64,000 nucleotides of DNA from Paludibacteraceae bacterium (GTDB taxonomy: Bacteria > Bacteroidota > Bacteroidia > Bacteroidales > Paludibacteraceae), in the NCBI GenBank assembly GCA_017525455.1, contig JAFXSS010000152.1, forward strand, positions 649 through 64,648. The letters run 5' to 3'. Shown here piece after piece: positions 46,292 to 57,202 of this stretch. The notes beneath the pieces are model-generated. The model was given only the letters and a program-made list of their open reading frames with translations, was not told the origin of the DNA and did not search any database. A program made the position numbers and the translations under genes. Within the stretch, counting starts at the first letter, position 1. Each line of letters begins with the position of its first letter.

Positions 46292-48040
46292 TTATTCTTC
46301 CGAGAAGTGCACAAGCACGTGACGGTACGAGTTGAAAATCTTGGACTTTGACACAAAACCAAGATACTTGTTCTGCTCATCCACCACAGGCAGATTCCAC
46401 GCACCCGTATCCTCAAATATCTCCATCACTTTCTCCATCGGCATATCGTGCCGGATTACCATCTGCGGATAATTCATCAGTTGGGCGACGGTGAAGCGGT
46501 TGTACAATCTCGGCTGGAACATGATGTTCCTCACTTCGTCCAGCAGCAAAATGCCCTGCAACTCGCCATTGGTATCCACAACAGGGAAGATGTTTCGTTT
46601 GCTGTCGGCAATCACTTTTACCAGCTGCCCGAGTGTCATGTCGGGTGATACTGTCCTCAGATCAGTCTCCAGCACATTGTCCATCTTCAGGAGCGTCAGA
46701 ACCGAACGGTCCTTGTTATGCGTAAGCAGTTCGCCCTTCTGCGCCAGACGCATGGCATACAGACTATGCGGTTCAAACAGCATAATGGTCAGGTACGACA
46801 CTACCGCCACTATCATTAGCGGCATCAGCAGATGATAACCGCCTGTAAGTTCGGCTATCAGAAAGATACCTGTCAGTGGAGCATGCATCACGCCTGACAT
46901 CAAGCCCGCCATTCCTACCAACGCAAAGTTAACTACCGGCAACGATATGCCGGCTAACTTGAGCAGATAGGCACACAGGAATCCCACCAATGCACCCATA
47001 AAGAGCGAAGGAGCAAATATACCTCCCACTCCGCCGCCACCGTTAGTGGCTACCGATGCTACAATCTTCAGTAGCAACACCAGCGAGAAATATATGATTA
47101 TCAGCCATGTCCCTTCACCCAATCGGGCAAACGGGCTATGCATGATTCCAGACTGCGGATCGTCGTTGAATAGTTGCAGGATAACATCGTATCCTTCGCC
47201 GTACAATGGCGGAAACAGATAGATAAGTACACCCAGCACCGTGCCGCCTATCAGGATCTTCGCCCACATGTTCTCAATGTGTTTGAAGTGCTGCTCCAGC
47301 CAGTTCATGCCGCGAGTGAAATACAGCGACACAAAACCGCACACCACTCCGAGTAGCAGATACCAGGGTATGCGTCCAAGCGTGAATGCCTCGATGGTTG
47401 TCAACTCAAACATCGGCGTGAATCCTGTAGTGAAATAGGCTATGGCCGTGGCCGTGACAGAGGATATGAGCAGTGGCGCGATGGAGTTCATAGTCAGGTC
47501 AATCATCAGCACCTCCAAAGTGAAAACAAGTCCCGCTATAGGTGCTTTGAATATACCGCCTATCGCTCCGGCTGCACCGCAACCTATCATCAACATCATC
47601 GTCTTCTGGTCAAGATGGAAGAGTTTGGCCAGGTTCGAACCAATGGCAGCACCGGTCAGCACAATAGGAGCCTCAGCACCTACCGAACCACCGAAACCGA
47701 TGGTGATTCCGCTACCGATCAGGCTTGACCACATATTATGGCTCTTGATGATGGATTTGCGCTGCGAGATAGCGAACAGAATCTTCGTTATACCGTGGGA
47801 TATATCGTCACGCACCACATACCTGACGAACAACGCCGCCAGAGCTATACCTATCATCGGGCATACTATCAGCCACCAGTAGTGCTCACCGGCTATGAGA
47901 TACGTGTTAATCAAATACTGGATTAGATGGATGAACAACTTGAGCAGATAAGCAGCAATGGCGGACAAGATGCCCACCATCAGGCTCAACAGCAATACCA
48001 GTTGTTTCTGCCCGATATGTTGTTGTATCCACTTGATCAT
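46292..48040 (-). CDS. ClC-family chloride channel/antiporter with a C-terminal CBS pair
   Basis: GSGITIGFGGSVGAEAPIV (GSGIP-like) and GIFAPSLFMGA motifs, about 10 TM helices, and CBS domains at the C-terminus. Confidence 0.9.
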   Translation of the reverse strand: MIKWIQQHIGQKQLVLLLSLMVGILSAIAAYLLKLFIHLIQYLINTYLIAGEHYWWLIVCPMIGIALAALFVRYVVRDDISHGITKILFAISQRKSIIKSHNMWSSLIGSGITIGFGGSVGAEAPIVLTGAAIGSNLAKLFHLDQKTMMLMIGCGAAGAIGGIFKAPIAGLVFTLEVLMIDLTMNSIAPLLISSVTATAIAYFTTGFTPMFELTTIEAFTLGRIPWYLLLGVVCGFVSLYFTRGMNWLEQHFKHIENMWAKILIGGTVLGVLIYLFPPLYGEGYDVILQLFNDDPQSGIMHSPFARLGEGTWLIIIYFSLVLLLKIVASVATNGGGGVGGIFAPSLFMGALVGFLCAYLLKLAGISLPVVNFALVGMAGLMSGVMHAPLTGIFLIAELTGGYHLLMPLMIVAVVSYLTIMLFEPHSLYAMRLAQKGELLTHNKDRSVLTLLKMDNVLETDLRTVSPDMTLGQLVKVIADSKRNIFPVVDTNGELQGILLLDEVRNIMFQPRLYNRFTVAQLMNYPQMVIRHDMPMEKVMEIFEDTGAWNLPVVDEQNKYLGFVSKSKIFNSYRHVLVHFSEE

Positions 48041-49212
48041 TTATCCTGTGTATCCCAACCTATACCTTCGTACTTGCTCAAGTCCCACTCTTCCTCCACC
48101 TCATTGAGATAGACGGTGTGCTCCTCTTCATCCTGCTCGTTGCCGGCTTCGGCTTCCTGACGTTCCACACGCTCGATATCCAGCGGCAAGTGCGAAATCT
48201 CAATCACCTGATTCTGCTCCTTCGACAGTTCGTCCCACAGCACGTCTTTGAGTTCACTTATCCCTTGACCGCTGACCGACGAGAATGCCACTACAGGTAT
48301 GCTGTAGGCTTTGCTAAGTTTGGCTACGATCCTTTTGACATCCTCTTCGGGCATTGTATCAGCCTTGCTTACTGCCAGAATGCGGGCTTTGGTCAGCAGT
48401 TGGGGATTATATTTCTCCAACTCGGAAAGCAAAATCTCATACTCATGCTTCGGATCTTCCGTACATGCCGGCACCAGAAACAGCAACACGGCATTACGCT
48501 CTATATGTCGCAAGAACCGCAGTCCCAGACCTTTGCCTTCAGAAGCACCCTCGATGATTCCCGGTATATCTGCCATGCAGAACGAGCGGTCGTCACGATA
48601 CGACACGATTCCCAATTGCGGCGTCAGTGTCGTGAACGGATAATCCGCTATCTCCGGTTTGGCGGCCGAAACGACGCTCAGCAGAGTCGATTTGCCGGCA
48701 TTGGGGAAGCCCACAAGACCTACATCGGCCAGCACTTTGATTTGCATGATTATCGTGCGTTCTTGCGCAGGTTCGCCCGGTTGTGCATAACGCGGTGCCT
48801 GATTGGTAGCTGTACGGAAATGCCAGTTTCCCAATCCTCCACGGCCGCCTTTGAGCAGTATAACCTGTTCTCCGTGTTCCTTGATCTCAGTCAGCCATTC
48901 GCCTGTATCGCCATCATATACCACTGTGCCGCAGGGCACTTCGATTATCCTGTCCTCACCGTCCTTTCCAAACGAACGGCTCTCACCGCCCTTGCCGCCA
49001 TCGGTGGCTTGGATATGCTTCTGATACTTCAGGTGAAGCAACGTCCACAAGTTGCGGTTACCGCGAAGGATGATATGTCCGCCACGCCCACCATCACCGC
49101 CGTCCGGACCGCCTTTGGGTACGTACTTAGCCCGATGAAAGTGCATACTGCCTGCACCGCCCTTGCCTGAGCGACAATAGATCTTAACGTAATCTATGAA
49201 ATTTGTTGCCAT
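48037..49212 (-). CDS. obg: GTPase Obg/CgtA
   Basis: FIDYVKIYCRSGKGGAGSMHFHR with glycine-rich Obg-fold repeats. GFPNAGKST and DIPGIIEGA G-motifs. There is an acidic C-terminal extension. Its stop overlaps the ClC start (ATGA). Confidence 0.95.
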   Translation of the reverse strand: MATNFIDYVKIYCRSGKGGAGSMHFHRAKYVPKGGPDGGDGGRGGHIILRGNRNLWTLLHLKYQKHIQATDGGKGGESRSFGKDGEDRIIEVPCGTVVYDGDTGEWLTEIKEHGEQVILLKGGRGGLGNWHFRTATNQAPRYAQPGEPAQERTIIMQIKVLADVGLVGFPNAGKSTLLSVVSAAKPEIADYPFTTLTPQLGIVSYRDDRSFCMADIPGIIEGASEGKGLGLRFLRHIERNAVLLFLVPACTEDPKHEYEILLSELEKYNPQLLTKARILAVSKADTMPEEDVKRIVAKLSKAYSIPVVAFSSVSGQGISELKDVLWDELSKEQNQVIEISHLPLDIERVERQEAEAGNEQDEEEHTVYLNEVEEEWDLSKYEGIGWDTQDK

Positions 49213-49239
49213 ACTTGTTTTGATTATTCAGTTACGATG

Positions 49240-49247
49240 CAAAGGTA
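49240..49247 (-). promoter_or_regulatory. -7 promoter box (TAccTTTG) upstream of obg
   Basis: CAAAGGTA on the plus strand, about 28 nt upstream of the ATG at 49212. Confidence 0.5.
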
Positions 49248-49311
49248 CTAAAATTTTCTGACATTTACAAAAGTGAGAAAAATAGGAATCAGGCAGTAGC
49301 GACCGGCACTG

Positions 49312-51387
49312 TTATCCTACTTGCGCACCATTGCGCACAGGAGCCGTAACGGTGGTTACTACAAGTTTGCCATCGGCATCAACTGCCGACAGAATCATTC
49401 CTTGCGACTCAATGCCCATCATCTTTCTTGGCGGGAAATTGGCAATGAACAGCACTTGTTTGCCTACCAGGACTGACGGATCGGGATAACTCTGCGCTAT
49501 ACCGCTCAGTATAGTACGACCACCCATACCGTCATCAATGCGGAACTGCAACAAACGGTCGGATTTCTTAACCGGACCGCACTCCAGAACAGTGCCGACA
49601 CGAATATCTGTCTTGTCAAACTCATCGATATTTGTAGCGGTTTTTACGGGTACGGGTTGCCAGTTTTTCAGCGCTTCGGCTTGAGCAGCCGCCTCGTTCT
49701 CGGTTTTGATACGTGCCAAACGGTCGAGTTGGGCTTGTATGGGCGCCTCGTCAATCTTCTCAAACAGAAGCGACACCTCACCCAGCGCATGACCTTCAGC
49801 CAGTAAATCAGTGCGACCGAGGTTCTCCCAACTGAAAGACTCGAGTCCTAACATCTCACGAAGTTTGGCTGACGAGAACGGCAGGAACGGCTCAAAGGCA
49901 ATGGCCAGATTAGCCGCGATCTGCAGCGATACGTTAAGAATCGTTGCGGTACGGGCGAGATCGGTTTTAGCCAGTTTCCACGGCTCGGTGTCTGCCAGAT
50001 ACTTGTTACCGATGCGAGCCAGGTTCATAGCCTCTTTTTGAGCATCGCGGAAGCGAAAATCGTTCAGCAGACGCTCCAACTCTACTTTGACATTACGGAA
50101 CTCATCGATAGTTTGCCGGTCATAGTCCGTCAATTCGCCCTGTGCCGGTACTTTGCCGTCAAAATACTTGCCGGTGAGCACCAATGCACGATTGATGAAG
50201 TTGCCATAGATGGCTACCAGTTCGTTGTTGTTGCGCGCCTGGAAGTCAGCCCAGGTGAAATCATTGTCTTTTGTCTCCGGGGCATTGGCTGTCAGCACAT
50301 AGCGCAGCACATCCTGCTTGCCCGGAAAATCATCCAGATACTCGTTGAGCCATACTGCCCAGTTGCGCGAGGTAGAAATCTTGTCGCCCTCGAGGTTCAG
50401 AAACTCGTTGCTCGGCACATTGTCAGGTAATATATACGATCCGTCTGCCTTGAGCATTGCGGGGAACACAATGCAGTGGAATACTATATTATCCTTGCCT
50501 ATGAAGTGTATCAGACGGGTGGACGAATCTTTCCACCACGTTTCCCACTTGCCGTATTTCTCCGGCTGGGCATCACATAACTCCTTGGTATTGGATATGT
50601 ATCCTATCGGAGCGTCAAACCATACGTACAGGACCTTGCCTTCTGCGCCTTCCACCGGAACAGGTATGCCCCAATCAAGATCACGCGTTACGGCACGCGG
50701 ACGAAGCCCGCCGTCCAGCCATGATTTGCACTGGCCATATACATTCGGGCGCCACTCTTTATGCTCCTCCAGTATCCATTGCTCCAGCCACTGCTGGTAT
50801 TGATCCAGTGGCAGATACCAATGCGAAGTGGGTTTCTTTACAAGCGGATTGCCCGTCTCGGCATTGTAGGGATTGATCAGTTCCTCAGGCGACAGAGTCG
50901 AACCGCACTTTTCACACTGGTCGCCGTAAGCACCCAGACTATGGCAGTGCGGACACTCACCGCGGATATTTCTGTCGGTCAGGAAATGTCCGGTCTCCGG
51001 ATCATAAAACTGCTCGGTGGTCTGCTCTACAAATTTCCCTTCATCATACAGTTTGCGGAAATAATCTGATGCAAACTGATGATGGATAGCCGATGTTGTA
51101 CGCGAGTAGATATTGAAACTTATCCCAAAATCTGCAAACGAACGTTTGATTAGTTCGTGGTAACGGTCCACTACTTGCTGAGTGGTTATACCTTCTTTAC
51201 GTGCGCGTATGGTTACAGGCACTCCATGCTCGTCGCTTCCGCATACGAACAGGACCTCCTGCCCTTTCAGGCGCAAGTAGCGCGCATAGATATCTGCAGG
51301 CACATATACGCCTGCCAGATGGCCGATATGCACAGGGCCGTTGGCGTACGGCAACGCCGCTGTGATAAGTGTACGTTTATAAGTCAT
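49312..51387 (-). CDS. metG: methionine--tRNA ligase
   Basis: [16 protein letters not shown] (HIGH), zinc knuckle CPHC...CEKC, KISTS (KMSKS-like), and a C-terminal EMAP/tRNA-binding domain. Confidence 0.97.
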   Translation of the reverse strand: MTYKRTLITAALPYANGPVHIGHLAGVYVPADIYARYLRLKGQEVLFVCGSDEHGVPVTIRARKEGITTQQVVDRYHELIKRSFADFGISFNIYSRTTSAIHHQFASDYFRKLYDEGKFVEQTTEQFYDPETGHFLTDRNIRGECPHCHSLGAYGDQCEKCGSTLSPEELINPYNAETGNPLVKKPTSHWYLPLDQYQQWLEQWILEEHKEWRPNVYGQCKSWLDGGLRPRAVTRDLDWGIPVPVEGAEGKVLYVWFDAPIGYISNTKELCDAQPEKYGKWETWWKDSSTRLIHFIGKDNIVFHCIVFPAMLKADGSYILPDNVPSNEFLNLEGDKISTSRNWAVWLNEYLDDFPGKQDVLRYVLTANAPETKDNDFTWADFQARNNNELVAIYGNFINRALVLTGKYFDGKVPAQGELTDYDRQTIDEFRNVKVELERLLNDFRFRDAQKEAMNLARIGNKYLADTEPWKLAKTDLARTATILNVSLQIAANLAIAFEPFLPFSSAKLREMLGLESFSWENLGRTDLLAEGHALGEVSLLFEKIDEAPIQAQLDRLARIKTENEAAAQAEALKNWQPVPVKTATNIDEFDKTDIRVGTVLECGPVKKSDRLLQFRIDDGMGGRTILSGIAQSYPDPSVLVGKQVLFIANFPPRKMMGIESQGMILSAVDADGKLVVTTVTAPVRNGAQVG

Positions 51388-51419
51388 TATAGTATTTTAT
51401 TTGTTTACTGTAGTAATAA

Positions 51420-52175
51420 TTATTGTTTCTGCTGCAATCTCTCGGTCAGTACGCTCGCTTTGACGGTAGCGATCTTGCCGTCTTGCGCGATGCTGATCTT
51501 GCCGGTCTCTTCGCTGACTACGATGCATAGCGCATCGGATTTCTCCGCCAGCCCGAGTGCTGCACGGTGGCGCAAACCGTAATGCTTGGGTATACGCCTG
51601 TTTTTGGACACCGGCAGGATACATGCCGCAGCCTCCAACCGTCCGCCACGCACTATCAATGCGCCGTCATGCAACGGGGCGTTCTTGAAGAATATGGCTT
51701 CTATCACCGGGGCTGATACATCTGCATTCACTTTCTCGCCCGTCTGCTCATACTCATCCAGTTCCTGCTCGGCTGCAATCACTATCAGTGCACCCACTTT
51801 GTTGTCAGCCATATGTTCGCACGCCAGCACAATCTGGCGGATCTGTTCATCGGTCAGCCAACCTTTCTCTTTAGCCTGATGAAACCGCATGAGTGGAGCA
51901 CTGCTCATACGCGAACCTATGCGGCTGAACATACCGCGTATCTCTTCCTGAAAGATCACCACCAGCGCTACAGCTCCCGCACTGCCGATGAAGTTGAATA
52001 TGGCTCCCGTCAGTTCCAGTCGAAAAATGAACGATACCAGAAACCACACACCCACATAGGCCAATATACCCCAAAACAAGTTGACAGCACCCGACATACG
52101 AAGTATGCGGAACGCCTCGTAGAGCAGTAGTGCTACCAGCAATATATCCACCAGATCTTTGAATCCGAAAAACAT
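51420..52175 (-). CDS. cdaA: diadenylate cyclase CdaA (DisA_N domain, three N-terminal TM helices)
   Basis: PLHDGALIV and GLRHRAALGLAEKSDALCIVVSEETG motifs. Confidence 0.9.
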   Translation of the reverse strand: MFFGFKDLVDILLVALLLYEAFRILRMSGAVNLFWGILAYVGVWFLVSFIFRLELTGAIFNFIGSAGAVALVVIFQEEIRGMFSRIGSRMSSAPLMRFHQAKEKGWLTDEQIRQIVLACEHMADNKVGALIVIAAEQELDEYEQTGEKVNADVSAPVIEAIFFKNAPLHDGALIVRGGRLEAAACILPVSKNRRIPKHYGLRHRAALGLAEKSDALCIVVSEETGKISIAQDGKIATVKASVLTERLQQKQ

Positions 52176-52183
52176 AAATCTAT

Positions 52184-53020
52184 TTAGCCATTTACTGTTT
52201 GCATTGTACGTATCATAGCGCGCGTAACACCCACATCATGCACGCGCAAGACGGTTGCGCCCTGTTCGACAGCCAGCCGCTCCAATCGCAGCGTCTGCTC
52301 CAGACATGTTTCCGGAGTCAATCCCTGCGGCTCATAGGCCATGCGCTTACGTGACACGCCTGCCAGTATCGGACAACCTACATGCTGCAATGTGCGCAGA
52401 TTGGTCAGCAGTTCCAGACTCTCCTGCACCGTTTGCCCGAATCCGAATCCCGGATCTACAATCACATCGCTCACGCCTCGACGATGCAGTTCATCCACCT
52501 TCCGGCTGAAGAACCCGAGCGCATCGCATAGTATATTATCCGTCTTATGCAAGTCGTGCGAACGGTTGTACATCAGCACGTAACACACATTATACTTTGC
52601 TACCACGTCCAGCATCGGCTCCGAGCCTCCGGAAACGTCGTTAATCATATCCACTCCATATTCCTCTATCGCGCGTTGCGCTATGCCCGGGCGGAACGTA
52701 TCAACCGATATCGGTACTTGCACACCGCTTTGCCTGATTACCTGCAGAGCCATAGCCTGCCGTTCCCACTCCAGTTGCTCATCTGCCAATTGCTCTGCGC
52801 TGGATTGTACCGCCGGACGGGTGGAACATGCGCCTATATCTATGATATCCGCACCTTCCGTCACCGCCTGCTGCAATGCCGACCGGATCGCGCCCGAATC
52901 TTGCGTCCTGCTGGATGCATAAAAACTATCCGGCGTCACATTGATGATTGCCATCAACAACGGCGGGTTCAGCCGCAACAATCGCGACCCTAAACGTATG
53001 CTCTGATCCATTCGACGCAT
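52184..53020 (-). CDS. folP: dihydropteroate synthase
   Basis: MAIINVTPDSFY, DIIDIGACSTRP, INDVSGG and DPGFGFGQT motifs. Confidence 0.93.
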   Translation of the reverse strand: MRRMDQSIRLGSRLLRLNPPLLMAIINVTPDSFYASSRTQDSGAIRSALQQAVTEGADIIDIGACSTRPAVQSSAEQLADEQLEWERQAMALQVIRQSGVQVPISVDTFRPGIAQRAIEEYGVDMINDVSGGSEPMLDVVAKYNVCYVLMYNRSHDLHKTDNILCDALGFFSRKVDELHRRGVSDVIVDPGFGFGQTVQESLELLTNLRTLQHVGCPILAGVSRKRMAYEPQGLTPETCLEQTLRLERLAVEQGATVLRVHDVGVTRAMIRTMQTVNG

Positions 53021-53041
53021 CTCTAATCGCCAATAAGCCTA

Positions 53042-53049
53042 CAAAGATA
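53042..53049 (-). promoter_or_regulatory. -7 promoter box (TAtcTTTG) upstream of folP
   Basis: cctaCAAAGATAc on the plus strand, about 22 nt upstream of the folP ATG. Confidence 0.5.
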
Positions 53050-53174
53050 CGAAAAATTCTTGTGTTTTGCTATTATTTTGCAAAAAATAGTTGTAAAAAA
53101 TAGCATTTTGTCAAGAAAACGTACATTTTTTGCTTTTTTTTGCTAAAAAATTTGTGCAATTTGTATTTTTTTTG

Positions 53175-53182
53175 TATCTTTG
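53175..53182 (+). promoter_or_regulatory. -7 promoter box (TAtcTTTG) upstream of the GldJ-like gene
   Basis: gTATCTTTGtagg with a T8 spacer, about 78 nt before the ATG at 53260. Confidence 0.55.
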
Positions 53183-53259
53183 TAGGCTTAATTGTGGGGG
53201 CAACCCGCAAATGCAGAAAATAATTACGAAAATTTAGGTATAATTATAGACCAAACAAT

Positions 53260-55026
53260 ATGAAAAAAGTAGTGCAATCTGTATTCGTCGTGTCGTTGGC
53301 GTTGCTGGCATTGGCCGGTTGTAAGTCGCGCGAATTGAACACTCAATTCTCAAACACGACTGGATGGAACTATTATGACGAAAAAACCACAAACTTCGAA
53401 GCTAAAGAAGGTGTAGGAAATGTTGACCCGATTGGCATGGTGGCTATTCAGGGTGGAACATTTGCCATTGGTCAGACCGATGAGTTCGTTACCGCTCCGC
53501 GCGACAATGCCCGCCGTTCGGTTACCGTCAGCTCGTTCTGGATGGACAAGTATGAGATCTCCAACCTCAACTGGCGTGAGTATATGCATTGGCTGGAGAT
53601 GGTGTTCGGCTATGCTGCTCCCAAACTCGTTCAGTCGGCCTTGCCTGACACATTGGTTTGGCGCGATGAATTGGCATACAACGAACCGTATGTCGAGAAC
53701 TATTTCCGTCATCCGGCTTTCAGTTTCTACCCTGTTGTAGGTATCAACTGGAATCAGGCGATGGAGTACTGCCAGTGGCGTACCGACCGAGTTAACGAGT
53801 TGGCACTGGTTCATGCCGGTGCTATCGAGTTCCCGGATTTTCAGATACTCCGCGCGCTGGATGAGACCGAACTCGAAGACTGGCGTAACGACAACCCCGG
53901 TTACGAGCCTATTGAGGTTGAAGTTACCAATGGCGAGGACATTAATATCGAGTATCACGTACCGTACGAGTGGATACGCGACAAGTTCGTATTCAATACC
54001 GAGAAATATCTCGTTCGCAGGGATTACAACCCCGTTAATCCGGATGCTTCGCGTCGTAGCAAACGGTTCCATGACGCTTGGGGCAATGCACGTAAGGTTG
54101 ACCGTACCGATGGTATTCTGGTTACCGGCTACCGTCTGCCGACAGAGGCAGAATGGGAGTTCGCTGCTTTCGCACCTATCGCCGGAACCGACGGTTTGAC
54201 TATCGAAGGCAAGGTTTATCCCTGGTCAGGCTATCACCCACGTGACTTGAGTAAGAACAACATGGGTATGATGCAGGCCAACTTCATCCGCGGTAAGGGC
54301 GATATGATGGGTGTATCCGGCATGCTTAACGACGGATACGTTATCACCAACCCTGTTGACGCTTTTGCGCCGAACGATTTCGGATTGTACAACATGGCAG
54401 GCAACGTCAACGAGTGGGTAATGGACGTTTATCGTGAGACTACATATCAGGACGTGACCGAGTACAACTCTTTCCGTGGTAATATCTACAGCCGCGCTAA
54501 GAAAGATGACCAGGGCGAGTTCGTTATCAACGCTCGCGGTGGCATCGATGTTGAATGGACCAGCGAGGACGATAAGCGTGATTACCTCGACGGCGACTTT
54601 GCTTCGCTCATCCAGACCGATTACCCGCTTGATACACTCGGCGCACTGTTCCTCAAAGGCCTGGCTGCCAATACTGAAGGCAACGGCGGTGGCGATGAGG
54701 AAGAGGAAGAAGAGGAAGAAGAGGGTGATGAGGAAGAAGGCGGCGACGAAGAAGAAGGCGGCGATGAGGAAGAAGAGGAAAGTGAAGACGATGGCGGTGC
54801 TGCTGTTACCGAGAAGAAGATCGACCCGACCGACATCTATGCTCCCAAGATCACCAAGACCACCCATGTTTACAAAGGTGGTTCGTGGAACGACCGCGTT
54901 TACTGGTTGCACCCGTCGTCACGTCGTTACCTCGAGGCTGACAAGAGCAAGAGTACACTGGGATTCCGCTGCGCTATGTCAACGATTGGTGACCAGATTC
55001 CTTCAGGTCCGAACCCGGGCAAGTAA
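53260..55026 (+). CDS. SUMF1/FGE-domain lipoprotein, GldJ/GldK(PorK)-family-like, with an internal poly-E/G insertion
   Basis: LALLALAGC lipobox. MVAIQGGTFAIGQ and VYKGGSWNDRVYWLHPSSRRYL...LGFRCA are FGE-sulfatase domain hallmarks. The length and architecture resemble GldJ. Confidence 0.7.
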   Translation: MKKVVQSVFVVSLALLALAGCKSRELNTQFSNTTGWNYYDEKTTNFEAKEGVGNVDPIGMVAIQGGTFAIGQTDEFVTAPRDNARRSVTVSSFWMDKYEISNLNWREYMHWLEMVFGYAAPKLVQSALPDTLVWRDELAYNEPYVENYFRHPAFSFYPVVGINWNQAMEYCQWRTDRVNELALVHAGAIEFPDFQILRALDETELEDWRNDNPGYEPIEVEVTNGEDINIEYHVPYEWIRDKFVFNTEKYLVRRDYNPVNPDASRRSKRFHDAWGNARKVDRTDGILVTGYRLPTEAEWEFAAFAPIAGTDGLTIEGKVYPWSGYHPRDLSKNNMGMMQANFIRGKGDMMGVSGMLNDGYVITNPVDAFAPNDFGLYNMAGNVNEWVMDVYRETTYQDVTEYNSFRGNIYSRAKKDDQGEFVINARGGIDVEWTSEDDKRDYLDGDFASLIQTDYPLDTLGALFLKGLAANTEGNGGGDEEEEEEEEEGDEEEGGDEEEGGDEEEEESEDDGGAAVTEKKIDPTDIYAPKITKTTHVYKGGSWNDRVYWLHPSSRRYLEADKSKSTLGFRCAMSTIGDQIPSGPNPGK

Positions 55027-55138
55027 GTCGGAACGTAATATTCAATCGTCATACAATCCTATTGCTTGCGCACATACGCGCTTAGGCGTGTGCGCGTAGT
55101 AATAAGGTAGCATCGATTAACCATAAATATCAACAAAT

Positions 55139-55516
55139 ATGAATTTCCCAAATACAGTTCGTTACACCTCTGAACACGAATGGATTCGCGTCGAGGGTGA
55201 TGAAGCTTATGTAGGCATTACCGATTATGCACAATCAGAGTTAGGCGAGATTGTTTTCGTGGATGTACCCACGGTAGGTGAGCAGGTTGCTCAAGGCGAG
55301 GTATTCGGCTCGGTTGAGGCTGTCAAGACGGTTTCTGACCTGAACATGCCGGCCAGCGGTGATGTGCTTGAACTCAATGCCGAACTTGAGGATCATCCCG
55401 AATTGGTAAACAACGACCCGTATGGTGCAGGGTGGATGATACGCGTTCGTTTGTCTGACCCGAGTGAACTCGACAGTCTGATGGACGCAGCGGCCTACGA
55501 GGCAAGTTTACAATAA
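55139..55516 (+). CDS. gcvH: glycine cleavage system protein H
   Basis: [13 protein letters not shown]...[13 protein letters not shown], which includes the lipoyl-lysine motif; 125 aa. Confidence 0.95.
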   Translation: MNFPNTVRYTSEHEWIRVEGDEAYVGITDYAQSELGEIVFVDVPTVGEQVAQGEVFGSVEAVKTVSDLNMPASGDVLELNAELEDHPELVNNDPYGAGWMIRVRLSDPSELDSLMDAAAYEASLQ

Positions 55517-55536
55517 CAGCATCAGAACGAACAAAG

Positions 55537-55568
55537 GGTAAGCCGCATAGATGGCTTACCTTTTTTTA
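55537..55568 (+). terminator. rho-independent terminator after gcvH
   Basis: GGTAAGCC (55537-44) pairs with GGCTTACC (55553-60), followed by a T7 tract. Confidence 0.8.
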
Positions 55569-55595
55569 TTCGTCATAACATACGTATTCAACATC

Positions 55596-57197
55596 ATGAC
55601 ACATAAATACGACTTTCTGATTATAGGAGGCGGTGTAGCCGGTATGAGTTTTGCGCTGAAGGTTGCACGCGCGCAGAAATATAAGATTGCCCTCTGCTGC
55701 AAGACGACCTTGGACGAAGCCAACACGGCTAAGGCGCAAGGCGGTATAGCATCGGTCACCAATCTGCTCGTCGATGATTTCGACAAACATATCCACGACA
55801 CCATGGTAGCCGGCGACTGGATTAGTGATCCCGCTGCTGTGGAGCAGGTGGTACGCCGTGCACCCGAGCAGATACAGGAACTGGTGCAATGGGGCGTCAA
55901 TTTCGACAAGAACGCTGAAGGACAGTACGACCTGCATCGCGAGGGCGGACACTCCGAGTTCCGAATCCTGCACCACGCCGACGATACCGGCGCCGAGATC
56001 CAACGCGGACTGATGACTGCCGTGCGCAACAACCCGTTTATCGATGTGCTCGAGAACCATTTTGCTGTGGAGATTATCACGCAGCACCATCTGGGTGTAC
56101 GCGTTACTCACCGCACGCCGGACAAGGAGTGCTACGGAGCATACATCATCGATCCCGCTACCGGCAAGATCGATACCTACCTGAGTCGAATAACATTGAT
56201 GGCTACCGGAGGTACAGGAGCAGTGTATGCCACTACTACCAATCCCAATATTGCCACCGGCGACGGTATAGCCATGGTACATCGTGCCAAAGGACTGATC
56301 AAGGATATGGAGTTTGTGCAGTTCCACCCTACTGCCTTGTACAACCCCAACGAGACGCACCCCGCCTATCTTATCACCGAGGCTATGCGTGGCTACGGAG
56401 GCGTACTGCGCTTGCCTAACGGCGAGGAGTTTATGCAGAAGTACGATCCGCGCCTGTCACTCGCTCCGCGCGATATAGTGGCACGTGCCATCGACAACGA
56501 GATGAAGATCCACGGTATCGATCACGTTTGCCTGGATGTTACCCACAAAGATCCCGAGGAAACCAAACATCACTTCCCGAACATCTACGCCAAGTGCCTG
56601 AGTATAGGTGTGGATATTACCAAGGACTTTATACCTGTAGCTCCTTGCGCCCACTATATGTGCGGCGGCATCAAGGTGGACTTGGACGGTCAATCCACTA
56701 TCCATCGTCTGTATGCCGTAGGCGAATGCAGTTGTACCGGATTGCACGGTGGCAACCGTTTGGCCAGCAACTCGCTCATCGAAGCCGTTGTGTATGCCGA
56801 TGCTGCTGCCAAGCATAGCCTGAGCATGATCGAGCAGTACGATTTCAACGACCGCGTACCCGATTGGAACGACGAAGGCACAATGTCCAACGAGGAGCAG
56901 GTGCTCATTTCGCAAGATATGAAGGAGGTCGGACAGATCATGTCCACCTATGTCGGCATCGTACGTTCCGACCTGCGTCTGCGTCGTGCATGGGAACGCC
57001 TGGATCTGTTGTACGAAGAGACCGAAGATCTGTTCAAACGCGTCAAACCTACCAAGGATATTTGCGAACTGCGCAACATGATCAACGTCGGTTATCTCAT
57101 TACGCGTCACGCTTTGGAGCGCAAGGAGAGCCGCGGCCTGCATTACACCATCGATTATCCACATAACCCCAACGGCAACACCAACGAGGTGTGGTAA
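55596..57197 (+). CDS. nadB: L-aspartate oxidase
   Basis: YDFLIIGGGVAGMSFA dinucleotide fold plus RGYGGVL, GGNRLASNSLIEAVV and ESRGLHY motifs. The start was placed after the gcvH terminator. Confidence 0.93.
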   Translation: MTHKYDFLIIGGGVAGMSFALKVARAQKYKIALCCKTTLDEANTAKAQGGIASVTNLLVDDFDKHIHDTMVAGDWISDPAAVEQVVRRAPEQIQELVQWGVNFDKNAEGQYDLHREGGHSEFRILHHADDTGAEIQRGLMTAVRNNPFIDVLENHFAVEIITQHHLGVRVTHRTPDKECYGAYIIDPATGKIDTYLSRITLMATGGTGAVYATTTNPNIATGDGIAMVHRAKGLIKDMEFVQFHPTALYNPNETHPAYLITEAMRGYGGVLRLPNGEEFMQKYDPRLSLAPRDIVARAIDNEMKIHGIDHVCLDVTHKDPEETKHHFPNIYAKCLSIGVDITKDFIPVAPCAHYMCGGIKVDLDGQSTIHRLYAVGECSCTGLHGGNRLASNSLIEAVVYADAAAKHSLSMIEQYDFNDRVPDWNDEGTMSNEEQVLISQDMKEVGQIMSTYVGIVRSDLRLRRAWERLDLLYEETEDLFKRVKPTKDICELRNMINVGYLITRHALERKESRGLHYTIDYPHNPNGNTNEVW

Positions 57198-57202
57198 TTA
57201 TT

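Noticed and set aside
53038-53186. A 13 nt inverted repeat, CCTACAAAGATAC (53038-50) and GTATCTTTGTAGG (53174-86), flanking the folP / GldJ-like intergenic region, as a possible invertible promoter segment.
   Set aside because: Both arms are simply the extended -7 promoter consensus (GTAnCTTTG[CT]AGG) of two divergent promoters. The same extended box occurs at typA (24454-24467) and in related form elsewhere. No recombinase gene is nearby.
55068-55095. A GC-rich hairpin (GCGCACA...TGTGCGC) upstream of gcvH as a possible glycine riboswitch.
   Set aside because: It is far too short and lacks the tandem aptamer architecture and conserved glycine-riboswitch cores. It is more likely a U-tract-less terminator or stabiliser for the upstream GldJ-like gene.
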